This document shows positions 13,390-25,633 of a DNA stretch of 64,000 nucleotides, in pieces; the stretch's first letter is position 1, and each line of letters starts with the position of its first letter. The stretch lies in NCBI RefSeq assembly GCF_018350175.1, contig NC_058368.1, positions 218,552,001 through 218,616,000 of the forward strand. The letters run 5' to 3'. Origin of the DNA: Felis catus (lineage: Eukaryota). A program made the position numbers and the translations under genes. The notes under the pieces were generated by a model. It was given only the letters and a program-made list of their open reading frames with translations, had not been told where the DNA came from and searched no databases.

Positions 13390-13602
13390 AATTACAAAAA
13401 AAAGTTTAATGTTTTTGAGAGAGAGAGAGACAGAGTAAGAAAATTAGGGCTGGAGAGGGGCAGAGAAAGGCAGACAGAAAATCCATGTTCCATGCTGTCA
13501 GCACAGAACCTGATGTGGGGCTCAATCTCATGAATCTGAGATCATGACCTGAGCCAAAGTCAAGTTTCAGATGCTTAACAGACTGAGCCACCCAGGCATC
13601 CC
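13390..13602 (-). mobile_element. Can-SINE inserted in the left end of a Tigger2a element
   Basis: Perfect TSD TATATAGTTGAT at 13378-13389 and 13603-13614. Confidence 0.93.
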
Positions 13603-13606
13603 TATA

Positions 13607-13928
13607 TAGTTGATTCTTGAACAATGTGGGCGTTATGGGTGTTAACCCCCTGAGCAGTCAATAATTCATATTTAACTTTTGAATCCCCAAAAACTTAACT
13701 ATTAATAGCCTCCATTGAATGAAAGCCTTATTGATAGGATAGTCAATTAACAACTATTTTATGTTATATATATTATATCCTAGATTCTTACCATAAAGTA
13801 AGCTAGAGAAAAGAAAATTTTATTAATAACTTCCTAAGGAAGATAAAAAACTTTTTATATTATACTGTATTTATAAAAAAATGCATAAGTGGACATAGTC
13901 CACATGCGTATTATTCAAGATTCAACTG
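13607..13928 (+). mobile_element. Tigger2a-like TcMar DNA transposon
   Basis: TIR-like TAGTTGATTCTTGAAC...TTCAAGATTCAACTG with TA flanks; internal CCCAAAAACTTAACTA, AAAGTAAGCTAGAGAAAAGAAAA. Confidence 0.88.
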
Positions 13929-14574
13929 TACAAGCTACACTTGATTTTACTTTATTCATGGAAAATTCCACTTATTTACTAAAGCATTGCAAAAATATTT
14001 GAATTTTGAGAGAGAATTATTGTTATTTTCCAGTCTTAGTAAGCAACATTTCACACACATGATTGAAAATCCTTTTTAAGATAGTTAGGTATGATCATTG
14101 CAAGTTGTCTAGCAATATTTCCCTCCAAATGACAGTAATCAAAAACATGTTCACAATTCTAAAATATTCTTTGGGTAGCATAATCCTTGCAATTCATAGA
14201 GATTCTGGGGAAAATGTGGAGAAAACCGAGTAGTTGAAAAATTTATAATGAGACTGAACATCCTGGTAAGTCATGTGCTAGCCACAATGTGTGTTATACA
14301 TTTTGGTGTAGATTTCTATGTATCAATACTTTCTAAATGGAATATCCACAGCCTTTAGTATATATGGCAACTGTTCATATATTGTATTGAATGATTATCT
14401 GGCCACCCAAGTGTTCAAAAGCCTTTATAAGACTTTTTCATTCCCTTGAGGACTCTTCTGCATTGATATGTCCTTAGGATAGAATTTAAAATAGCTTCAG
14501 TGATTCAGTGTGCTCTTCTATCTTCTAACACAAGAGTACCCTCTACTTTAAAACACAGTACTTGGAAAAAACTA

Positions 14575-14726
14575 AATAAGAAGGAGAAAGAGGAGGAAGA
14601 GGAAAAGAAAAAGAAGGAGAAGAAAAAGGAGGTGGAAGAAGAGTTATCATCAAAGGAGAAGGGGAAGGATAAAGAGAAATAACATTTGTGTGTGTGTGTG
14701 TGTGTGTGTGTGTGAGTGTGTGTGTG
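14575..14726. repeat. GA-rich low-complexity tract followed by (TG)n
   Basis: Direct reading; explains the spurious K/E-rich and HT-rich ORFs. Confidence 0.95.
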
Positions 14727-15554
14727 CATACACACACATATATGTATATATCTTGTTATCATTTTACAATTATTTCTGGAATACACTGATAATGAAAGAT
14801 TACTCTTCCCCATAAAAGCTATGGACAAATATATTTAAGAAATGCAGAATATTAAATGTTTTCTTAGGGTCAATATCAGGCTTATAATCATGAATTTGAA
14901 TATTCTCATATTCAATCTATACTCAGACTTCTTCCTTTCTCCTTTTCAATTGACTGGCTATCTCATTTTATGCATGCCTATTTGCTGCACTGCATCATGA
15001 TACTGTATGAGGTCAGTGACCATATTTGATTCATCTTACTCATATCCCAGCCCATGGAATTATGTTTTATATTCAGCAATCACTAAATATATGTTAAATT
15101 AAAAGTGATTTAAAGTGATTCTTAAAATGCCAAATTTAGCATTTTCTGTTTTGGTAAAAAATATAGAACACCTATGCCAAGTGTTTCCTCTCACCATCTG
15201 TCTCATGTGACAAATAGAGGCACTCTTGACAATGGTCAGGATGAAAGATTACTCTGTGGCCAACATAAGTGATGGATAGAGCTTTTAATTTATACAGTGT
15301 TCCTGCTTAAAAATACATTTAAAAATATTTTAAGTAGATTAAGTTGCTTAACAGAGAAATCATTAATGATAGTATGCCTTATGTAAATAGTTGAGGGACA
15401 AAGTATGTTTTAAAATCTATAGAGAGGAAACCATGTGAAAAAAATAATATGACATGTTAAATTCTCATAACAAACATCAGAAAATATGCATTTTAAAGAG
15501 ACTGCAGATGTCATAACACACAGAGGTACCCTCAATATGACTGCACTGTCTTAA

Positions 15555-16020
15555 ACTTTGTACACTAATGTTCACAGAACCATTATTCTTAATAGCCAAA
15601 AAGTAGAAACAGCTCAAATGTCCATCAGCTGATGAATGGATAAGCAAAATATCTATCCACACATGGTATATGGTTCAGTCATAAGAAGGAATGAAGTATT
15701 GATTCATGCTACAGCATAACATGAATTCTGAAAGGATTATGCTAAGTGAAAAAGGCAAGTCATAAAAGAACACACATATATAATTTCATTTATATGAACC
15801 ATCCAGATAGGACATTAGTGGTGGCCTTAAAGCTGGTGTGATGTAGGAGAAAGTTGGAGGAAATAGGGACTGAACCCTAATGGGTTGGGGGTTTCTTTGA
15901 GGAGTGATACAAATACTAAAAATATGGACTTTACTAAAAATCATTGACTTATATACTTTAAATTGGTAAGTTTTTTGGTGTGTGAAATATATCTCAATAA
16001 TGCTGTTATTTAAAAAAGAA
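15555..16020 (+). mobile_element. L1MB-like 3' end
   Basis: AAATGTCCATCAGCTGATGAATGGATAA...ATGCTAAGTGAAA...ATATCTCAATAA...AAAAAA. Confidence 0.88.
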
Positions 16021-16157
16021 AAGTGTGAGCCACTACCACCTGTTCCAGAGTTAAGCAACCACCTGTCATAAGAATCTATTGTAATCCTATCAAAATCTTT
16101 TTTGGTGGGCAGGACCAATTCTGAAATTTCAGAGCACACTGAAAGAAGTTCAAAGTA

Positions 16158-16473
16158 CATTTGACTCTTGAACAACTGGGCCTCACCAGTGTAGTAAAAA
16201 ATCTGTGTATTATTTTTGACTCCCTCATAACTCAATTGCTAACAGTTTACTGTTGACTGGAAGCCATGACAGTGCCATAAACAGTTGACTACTACATATT
16301 TTGTATACTGTGTGTATTATATGCTATGTTCTTACAATAAAGTAAGCTAGAGAAAAAATATTAAGAAAATCATAAGGAAAATACAGTTTCAGTATTGTAG
16401 TATATTTATTGAAAAAAATCTGTATGTAAGTGGACCCATGGAGTTCAAATCTATATTGTTAAGGGGTCAAATG
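16158..16473 (+). mobile_element. Tigger2a-like TcMar DNA transposon (second copy)
   Basis: TA-CATTTGACTCTTGAAC...GGGGTCAAATG-TA; internal similarity to the 13607 copy. Confidence 0.9.
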
Positions 16474-16560
16474 TATTTATTATTATTTGCTCCAGTGGGA
16501 AACATGACCTCAATCTCCAAAATCTGTTCACCACTGAATTTTCCTTAAAAAGATAGCCCA

Positions 16561-16770
16561 GGGACACCTGGGTAGCTCAGTCGGTTAAGCGTCTGCCTTT
16601 GACTCAGGTAATGATCTCACAGTTCATGGTTTTGAGCCCTGCATTAAGCTTTCTCCTGTCAGTGAGGAGCAAGCTTTGGATCCTTTGTCCCCTTCTCTCT
16701 CTGCCCCTCCCCAACTCATGTTCTCTGTCTCTCTCAAAAAATAAATAAATATTATAAAATTAAAAAAAAA
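16561..16770 (+). mobile_element. Can-SINE
   Basis: GGGACACCTGGGTAGCTCAGTCGGTTAAGCG head; TSD-like AAAAGATA(GC/AT)CCA. Confidence 0.95.
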
Positions 16771-16859
16771 GAAAAGATAATCCAGAAGAAAGGGCAATCA
16801 GACCTTACCTCAAAAGACATAAATGTGAGAAACTACCAAGAATCATCTTCCAACATTAG

Positions 16860-17890
16860 TATGTCTTGAAATTCACTTATCTTTCTTCTTTAGTGTTTAT
16901 CTGTTTTAATCTCACACAGTGTACAATGTTAAGTATTTTTATATCTTCCATATATTTACTAAATATGTTCCATCTTTAGTTTCCTAAACTTGTGAAATAA
17001 AGTTGTAATGGCTCTTTGAATGTCTCTACTAATTTTGTCATCTGTGTTATTGCTGATCAGTTTGAGTTCATTGATTTTTCTCCTCATTATGTATTTTATT
17101 TACCTGCTTCTTTGAATGCCTGTTAATTGTTATTGGATGCAGACACTGTGAATTTTAACTTTATTTTGTATTGATACTTTTACATTTCTATAAATATTCT
17201 TGAGATTTCTTTTTCTAGGACTTGGATAGACTAATTGGGAACAATTGGATCCTTCCAATTCTTGATTTTAAGATTCATTAGTCAGGCCCAGAGCTTCATG
17301 TGTCTAGAGCTCCATTTCCTCACTACTTAGACAATGCCCTTTTTAGTACTGATGTTACCTGACTTACTAAGTTTGCCATTTTAGCTGTTGGCACTTTCCC
17401 CAGCCCCTGTGTATTCTGTTCTCTGTAATTATTTTAGTTGGTCCTTTTTCCAGCCTTAGAGAGTTTCTTCAAATACATGTTCTGATCACACTCCTGTGAA
17501 CACATAAGGAGTATTCAAAATAACCCTCTGCAGATGTCTGAAGTTTGGGCATCTCTCTCTTCTCTGGTACTCTGTCCTGTTTACTTTAGCTACCTTGGCT
17601 TACATGGACTTCAAGGCCCATCTCATCACGTTAGGGAGATATCTGGGCTCCACTGGTTTTCATTCCTTGTTCAGCATTGACTAGAAAATATTTCTAGTCA
17701 ATAAGCTGGGGCATTTCTAGAGTTCACTCATTGGTTTCTGTTTTTTCAGGGATAGCTAACTGTCTTTCATTTCCTGATCTTCGATATGTTAAGCACTGTT
17801 ATTTCATATATATTTTCCCCATTCTTTTAGTTGTTTGTGGTGGGAGGGTAAACCTGGTCCTGGTCACTCTATCTTGACCAGACAGTAAAA
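16860..17890 (-). mobile_element. old L1 5' region fragment
   Basis: Antisense L1M 5' motifs (TTGATTTTTCTCCTCATTATG, ACCCTCTGCAGAT, GCTGGGGCA, GGTGGGAGGGTAAA). Confidence 0.65.
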
Positions 17891-18385
17891 TTCTCATTTA
17901 CCTTTTGAAAATGTAAACATTCCTTTTACACTAGCATACAATGTTTCCATATCCATTTAACTATTTTATCCATAAGGTTAGACTTAATCCTTCCCACCCC
18001 TAGGCACATGTCACATTTTTCATATAATTAGACAATTTTATAAAAATATTCATTAACTTACAACATACTATATTTTGTCCTCTCTCTCATCTCTGTTTTA
18101 AATATCTTCTGGTATGAGGACAGCCTTTTTTTTTTCATTTGTCCACACAATTTACATGTAGTAAATTATTCCAAAATGTCATCTGATTGGACTAAACACT
18201 TGTATTGATACTTTTACACTCATAAATCAGTATTTAGAAAGTATAGAAAGCAAACTCATGGCTTATGTGTCAATATCCATATAATAAAGAAACACAAAGA
18301 ATAAATTTGATAATAAAAATGGAGCTCCATGGTCAGAACCATTTGAGTTTGCACTAGATTTTTACCTGTATTATATTTCTTAACT

Positions 18386-18570
18386 TTCTCTTTTTAAATT
18401 TATTTTAATTTACTTTATTTGAGAGAGAGAGTGACAGAGAGAGAGAGAATCTTAAGTAGACTCAAAGCTCAGCACAGAGCCTGACACAGTGCTTGACCCA
18501 CCACCCAGGGCCATGACGTGAACTGAAATCAAGAGTCAGATGCTCCACTGACCGAGCCACCCAGGTGCCT
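18386..18570 (-). mobile_element. Can-SINE inserted in a MIR remnant
   Basis: TSD TATTTCTTAACT (18374-18385 / 18573-18584). Confidence 0.9.
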
Positions 18571-18765
18571 CTTATTTCTTAACTGTCTAAAGTTTAGTTT
18601 ACGTATTCCTTAACTGTAAGAGAAAAACTAAAATACTTTATATTTTATGGGCACTTTGGGTTGACTAATTAAGGTAAGATATAAAATCACAGCCTAGTTT
18701 TGTTATAGAGTAAATTCTAAATATATTCAAGCTAGTAATAGCAGGGTATTTAAATATGAGTGGCA

Positions 18766-19199
18766 GGGGCACCTGGGTGGCTCAGATGGTTAAGTGTCTG
18801 ACCTCCCCTCAGATCACGATCTCAAGGTTTGTGAGTTTGAGCCCCTCATCGGGCTCTCGCTGTCAGCCCAGAGCCTGCTTTGGGTCATCTGTGCCCCCTT
18901 CGCCTCAAAAATGAATACTTTAAAAAAAAGTCCACCTAAAAACTTTGGGGCACCTGGGTGGCTCAGTCGGTTAAGTGTCCAACTTCGGCTCAGGTCATGA
19001 TCTCATGGTCTGTGAGTTCGGCTCAGGTCATGATCTCATGGTCTGTGAGTTCGAGCCCCACATCGGGTTCTGCACTGACAGCTCAAGAGCCCGGAGCCTG
19101 CTTCAGATTCTGTGTCTCCCTCTGTCTCTGCCTCTCCTCCACTCTTGCTCTGTCTCTCTCCCTCTCTCAAAAATAAAAATTAAAAAAAAAAACATTAAA
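18766..19199 (+). mobile_element. tandem Can-SINE pair (18766-18928 and 18947-19199)
   Basis: Two GGGGCACCTGGGTGGCTCAG heads; outer TSD AAATATGAG(T/A)GGCA. Confidence 0.95.
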
Positions 19200-19705
19200 A
19201 AATATGAGAGGCAGAAAAAATAAGTAAAAATTATTTAAAATTCAGGATTGTGTTTTTCTCCTATTATGTACAATCTGGATGTCAGACAGCTCCACACTTA
19301 TGTCAGCAACTCAATAATGCCATTTAGGGCTAGATTCTGTCTATATTTTCACTATCCCCTAGTAGCACATGGGATTTCACTTTTATGTTTGTCAAATGGG
19401 TGTCATGGTCCCATTAATCATGTTCTTACGTAACCACATTCAGAGGCAGGGGAAAGAGTAACTTTTCCTTGTGTATTTGTTCTTTGCAATGACAAAATTA
19501 TCCCTTTCTTGAGGAATCTCAGCAGATTTTAATCCATGCAGTATTGGTCAGAACTTCTTTAGAGGGCTAATTCTAAACCAAATGGACACAAAAATTTCAA
19601 TTTTCTTGAAAGGTATTAGACTTAGCTCTTCCCCAGGTTGCTTGTTTTAAGAGAGGGTGACTAAAATCAAGTGTGAGGATTGCACATAGGTGGGCAAGTT
19701 GTTAG

Positions 19706-19751
<46 letters not shown>

Positions 19752-20074
19752 TAAAAGCTAGGTATATAGGAAGTAATAGCATCTTTCATTTAGAGACACA
19801 AAAAAAGTGGCAGAAACATATTGTTTCCTAACATTTTACTAAATGCCAGTGCTTTTTATATTTTTCATCCTAGCTAACTCATGATTAAAATGGCATGAAA
19901 ATTCTGTAAGGTAAATGTCTTGTTATAGTGATACACTTTTATCAAAGTTTAATGAAAAAGTTCTGAATTAGCACAGAGACAATTAGGATAAATGTGTTTT
20001 GATATGTGTATACTTTAGTAAATTAAAAATAATCTTTATGGAAAATACCTATTTTTCTGCCTTGGCATAGCATT

Positions 20075-20457
20075 GCATCAGTATACTCAGGCTGCCATGA
20101 TAGTGTACCACAGAATGCATAGCTTAAGAGAAATCATTTTCATAACGTTCTGGAGGCTGGAAGTCTAAGATCAAAGTGCCAGAAGATTTAACTTCTCCTG
20201 TCTTATTGCTTTGTCTTATAAATGGCCACCTTCTTGTTGTGTCTTCAGATTTCCTTTTCTCTGTATAGACACCTCTCTGGTGTCTTTTGCTCTTTTCATA
20301 GGGACCCCAGTCAAATTAGACTTGGGCCACACCCCCCCCTTTATTACCTTATTTAATCTTAACTACCTCTTTAAAAACTCTATCTTCAAACACAGTGAAA
20401 TTGGAGGTTAAGACCTCAACATACAAATTTTAGGGGAACATGATTCAGTCAATAACA
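20075..20457 (-). mobile_element. MLT1A/B-like MaLR LTR
   Basis: GGCTGCCAT...TTCTGGAGGCTGGAAGTCTAAGATCAA...TTAACTACCTCTTTAAA...ATTCAGTCAATAACA. Confidence 0.9.
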
Positions 20458-20458
20458 G

Positions 20459-20460
<2 letters not shown>

Positions 20461-20506
<46 letters not shown>

Positions 20507-20985
20507 ATATATATATACCTGTTATTATATATATATTATATATATAATATATATATAATGTATATATATATATTATATATATATATACCTGTTATTGACT
20601 GAATATATATATAACATATATTATATAATATATTATATATATTATATATATTATATATATATACCTGTTATTGACTGAATATATATATATTATATTTATA
20701 TTATATATTATATATATATATATATAACAGGTATATATATATATACCTGTTATTGACTGAATATATATATATTATAATATATATATATACCTGTTATTGA
20801 CTGAATTATATATTCAGTCATATTGACTGAATATATATATATTATATATTATATATATAATATATATATATACACCTGTTATTGACTGAATTATATATAT
20901 ATGACTGAATATATATATTATAATAATATATAATATATATTATATAATATTATAATATATATATTATAAATATATATATATATGT
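20461..20985. repeat. complex (TA)n expansion with interspersed ACCTGTTATTGACTGAAT units
   Basis: Five full 18-mer copies plus fragments in a TA matrix. Confidence 0.95.
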
Positions 20986-22015
20986 ATTTCTCTAGGTTGA
21001 TTGAAGTTGCTACCCATCTCTAAGTTACTTCTGTGCCTTGTTTCCACATTCCAAATTGTATTTTATTAATCTACAAAACATTGTAAACTCAATGTTTTGA
21101 GTTTCCCTAATCTAAATAAAAAAGTGATTTTTTTCAAAAATATGTAGGAAACACAAATACACCTTTAAAAATTTTTTCTCACCTATCAAAAGTCATTAGT
21201 AATCCCAAACTATAATACTTTCCACCCTTTCATTAAAGGTGTTATAATGGTGAGAAAGAACTTTTCATATATGTGAGTTTCAGCCTTGATAACCCCCTTG
21301 ACTACCAATCAGTCTGGATTTTCTCCCCAACATTGTTATTTAATTTTAGGCCACTCTAGAAACAGTGCTTGAAACAACTTTCTTGCAAAATCAATTCAGT
21401 AAGAATGAAATCCACAAAATACACTTCAAAATGAAAATTATAATCAGTACTTTCCTCCTGACTACATTCAGCAATAAAATATTAAACGGAACATTAAGAA
21501 CAACAATTAAAGAGCTTAGCTTTTAAGCTGTCTGGTGGTGTGCAAGACTCGGTTCTTTATTGGCTATTAGAAAAATTACCAAAGATTTGTCAGTTATTCT
21601 AAGTGAATGCAGAACCGCCTGCTCAGCAGTAGTGACAGGAAGGACTTAACGAAAACCTAAATTTCTTACATTTTCATTTTGGAAAAATTGTTTTATAATT
21701 TTTCAGTCGAGTATAGTTAGTGTGAAAAAATTTTTTTTAAATGTTGGTATTATATATAAAATAAATCTTCACAACTAAATTGCTCCTAACCCTGGAAATG
21801 TTTGAAAAGGCATTTCTAATGTGTCTGCTCCAGGTCAGTCGATCTTATTAAAATGTGTACCTAATAAGTCCATAATCAATATTTATAGAAAAAAATTCAT
21901 AGATAAATATATTGTAAGGAAAACACTGGTGTTTAAAGACAAATATAATCCATAAGAAATAGTAATGCATTATAAAACAAACTATATATGTCTTCTTTTT
22001 ATTAAAACGAATTGA

Positions 22016-22423
22016 GGGGTGCCTGGGGGGCTCAGTCAGTTAAGCGTCCAACTCTTGATTTCAGCTCAGGTAATGATAGCATAGTTTAGGAGTTTGAGCG
22101 GCAAATCAGACTCTGCACTGACAATGCGGAGCCTGCTTGGGATTCTCTCTCTCCCTCTCTCTCTGCTCCTACCCCACTCCTACTCGCTCTCTCTCTTTTT
22201 CTCAAAAGAAATAAACTTTAAAAAATTAAAAACAAACAAACAAACAAAACACTTAAGGGGCACCTGGGTGGTTCAGTTGGTTAAGCATTCAACTTCAGCT
22301 CAGGTCATGAATTCATGATTCGTGAGTTTGAGCCCCGCATCGGATTCTGTGCTGACAGCTCAGAGCCTGGAGCCTTCTTTGGATTCTGTGTCTCCCTCTC
22401 TCTTTGTGCCTCCCCCGGCTCAC

Positions 22424-22472
<49 letters not shown>

Positions 22473-22490
22473 AATATTTAAAAAAACTTT
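22016..22490 (+). mobile_element. two Can-SINEs (22016-~22250; 22257-~22490), second with (TG)n
   Basis: Two heads; second flanked by AAAACA(T)CTTAA, consistent with insertion into the tail of the first. Confidence 0.92.
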
Positions 22491-24559
22491 AAAACATCTT
22501 AAAAAATAACGGAGTATCTGTTTTTAATTAATTGTATCCCTTAAGTGGAGGTGAGATGAAGGGGGAAATTAGCATTTGGTTACTTTAGGTATATGAGACA
22601 GGAAGGATAACAGAATACAACGAGGGAAAGGAAAAAAAAACGAGGAGGGAAAAAAAAAAACTCTTCTTAATGCAAACTGCTGATTGAATGTGCTACAACA
22701 AAAACAAGTTTTTATTTCAGTGTGTACGAGTTCTTTCTTTCATTTAGCAATCTTAACTCTTCAGAAAATAACATGCCACTCTGTGGCAACACAGCCTCTT
22801 CTTTTCTGTCTCCTGGTAGGAGAGCTCTGGGATCAAGGTGATAATACTCTTTATCGAGTGTTTTAGTAGTCTAGGAAATGAGGGCTGGTATAATCATGGC
22901 CCTCCAGCAGTGCTGTGGTAAAAGAACCTCTACTGCATCAGCTCCACTGGCCGTACTTCACTAAAGTCCTCTTTCAATGAGGTCAGACAACAGTAATTTG
23001 TTATGTGGGTCATGGCAGAATCCTTCTTCTCAACACTACAAAGAATGACTCCTCTGTCAATATAAATACATCCTAATGCATTTAGTCTCCCTGGAGGCTC
23101 TATTACACACTCCAGAGCTATCGTGCCAAATTCTGCCACTCAGCATTATAATATCTTTCATCTTGCCTTTTCCCCCCACTTTATAATAGAAGTGAATAAA
23201 ACACACACCTATAAAAGATAAAGGCGGTTTTCCCCTTTAAAAAACATTTTACTTTGTGGACATTATCAAGAATGAACATCAGATTGGGCATGCTAGCATT
23301 TCAAAGGACAGGACATAATTCAACAGAAATATTACATTAAGAATTCAACTCTTTCATATTTTTCCATCAATATTTGTTTCTGTAAGTCTTTATTATTTCA
23401 CCCTCACCCAAATAAATATGTATATGCAAAATATGAAAAATGGAGGAAGTAATTTTCCCACAAAAATTGTAAACTGAAACAATTCAATAGTGATTTCAGA
23501 ATTATCTGGCTCAATATAGATGTGTCTTTCTATTGCTACTAGTATCATTATTCTAAAATTCTGATCTTTAAAATTTTTCAATTTCTGAAATGTTAGTTTC
23601 AAATATTATAAAGCAATTAGAATGAATACATATTAAGGAATATAATATAATCTACACTATGATGAACATTTTAGTTATAGATGTACTTAGTCTCAATTTT
23701 CCCCATCTCTTCATTCATAAAACAAAGTGAAAGATTGCAGATTTCTAGACTGTTTTCAAATATTGATTTTATATTATTTGTTTTTCTATGGTATCTTAAC
23801 CTAATAAATCTCCACATTAACCCCTCCACTCTGAAGAAAATGTAAACATACACAGACTAACATCCAACTCAGAGTGGATAATGGTCTGAATAGAAATGGT
23901 GGGTTTCAAATTGGTGGATATTGTTCTATGTTGACTGCTCTGAGAAAAGGAGATTCGGGGTCAAAAAGGTCAGGTTTTGAAGTGCCCGTGTAATGTAGCT
24001 TTGAGACGAAGAATATTAACTCAGACAAACTTTAAAAATGCTTTCCTCAAAAAGCTGTATAAATAAATTAAAAAAAGGCAACTTTATTCTCAGTAGGTCA
24101 CAAAGCCTAGAGGCTAAAAACCCTAGACAAGATGCTAACCAAAGGTCATTTGCTGTTTTAAGATTCAAAATTATTGTACTCCTCTTGTTCCTTGAAATCG
24201 ACAATTATAAAAATTGCAGTAATAGCAGGTATGCTTTATAAGTTTGAACTTGAAAAAACAACTCAAATTCTTAAATATTCATTAATAACAAGCTTGGAGA
24301 ACAATACTACCACCAAAGAGCTACTTCTCTGATGCTGTGAAAAGCAGTTTAAAGAGCAAAGTGTTACGCATGTGTGCTCACATTCTGACACTGATAACTA
24401 CCAAACGTCTGATATTTGAAAATGTTTAATAATACCAAACATTATTACTGAGGCTTATTATATAATTAAGTACTTTGATAAGTAATTTGCAAATATTCCT
24501 TATTTGATATTCACACTTGCTTCCTGATATAAATGTCATTTTACTGACAAAGATCCAGA

Positions 24560-25015
24560 GAGTTCTGGATTCTAGGATTGACCCTCAATCAATTGTGGAA
24601 TGGGAGATGGTGAATAAATACTGCCCCTCCCTACCCTTTTTGAAACAAATTGATGTATATTCGATACTATATTAGAAGTTTCTGAGCAGATAAGAGCTCT
24701 GTTATTAGCTAGGGAACACTATAATGACACAACCAATATCAATTTCCTATTATTTCTCTCTCAATTCTCTCACTTCTTCAAGGTACTACCCGGAAACATC
24801 CTTCCAGATAAACTACTTGCAACATAATCATTGACTGAGAGTCTGCTTTTAACTTGAACCTTACTACTAGACATGGCCTTGGAAAGCACAATCTTGGTAT
24901 AAGATTCAGGAGGTTCATCAGATAGGATTACAGATTCCATCAGTGGTAGTAAATCATTATAATAACTTTTGGCATGCTACAATGTTAATAATTATTAAGA
25001 CTCATCCACCTGGAT
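24560..25015 (+). mobile_element. LTR16-like ERVL LTR plus start of internal sequence
   Basis: ATAAACTACTTGCA...GAGTCTGCTT LTR16 3' motif, then ERVL-like leader (GTGGTAG...TGGCATGCT...ATTATTAAGACT). Confidence 0.6.
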
Positions 25016-25029
25016 GTACTGTTATGCAT

Positions 25030-25633
25030 ATTATTGGGGTCTTTATGTAGGGTTCATCATGCAGGCATGATCAAATATTAACTCCATTTTCAGCCCCACT
25101 ATTGGGATTTGGACAGCTTCCAGGTGGGTGAACACAAAAACGTGCAGGAAGAGTGGTGGCATCTGAAGAGGACAGGGAAACTCTGTGCCCCTTCCCATGG
25201 ACCTTTTCCTATGCATCTCTTCCCTCTGGATGATCATGTGTATCCTTTACCATATATTTTTATAAAAAAACTAGTAAACAGGAAGTAAACTCTTTCTGAG
25301 TTTTATGAGATGCTCTAGCAATTTAATCAACCCCAAGGTGAGGGTTGTGGGAACCTGTGGTTAGTCAGAAGCACAGATGACAACCTGGATTTGTGATTGG
25401 CATCTGAAGTGGGGAGGCTGGGCAGTCTTGTGGGACTGAGTCCTTAACCTGTGGGATTTGATGCCATCTCCAGGTAGATAATGTTAGAATTGAGTTAAAT
25501 TACACGTTGTTACAGAGAGCTGCCTGGGTGTGGAAAAACAACAACACCCATCTGGTATTAGAAGTATTGTGTGTATGGTTGTAGTGTGGTAGTAAAGGAT
25601 AAACATAGGAGGAAGCTGGAGAGTTTCTGACAC
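25030..25633 (+). mobile_element. MER21-like LTR, 5'-truncated, with an inverted first segment
   Basis: GCTTCCAGGTGGGTGAACAC...GCCCCTTCCC...TATGCATCTCTTCC...GGCATCTGAAGTGGGG...CTTGTGGGACTGAG. Confidence 0.88.

Noticed and set aside
14500..14828. K/E-rich and HT-rich ORFs
   Set aside because: Products of GA-rich and (TG)n low-complexity sequence.
15786..16235. 149-aa ORF, the longest in the window
   Set aside because: Runs antisense across a Tigger end and an L1 3'UTR; no recognisable protein similarity.
20587..20910. Regularly recurring 18-mer resembling a CRISPR-like array
   Set aside because: Mammalian DNA; the spacers are only TA runs, the unit derives from the adjacent LTR end, and there are no cas genes.
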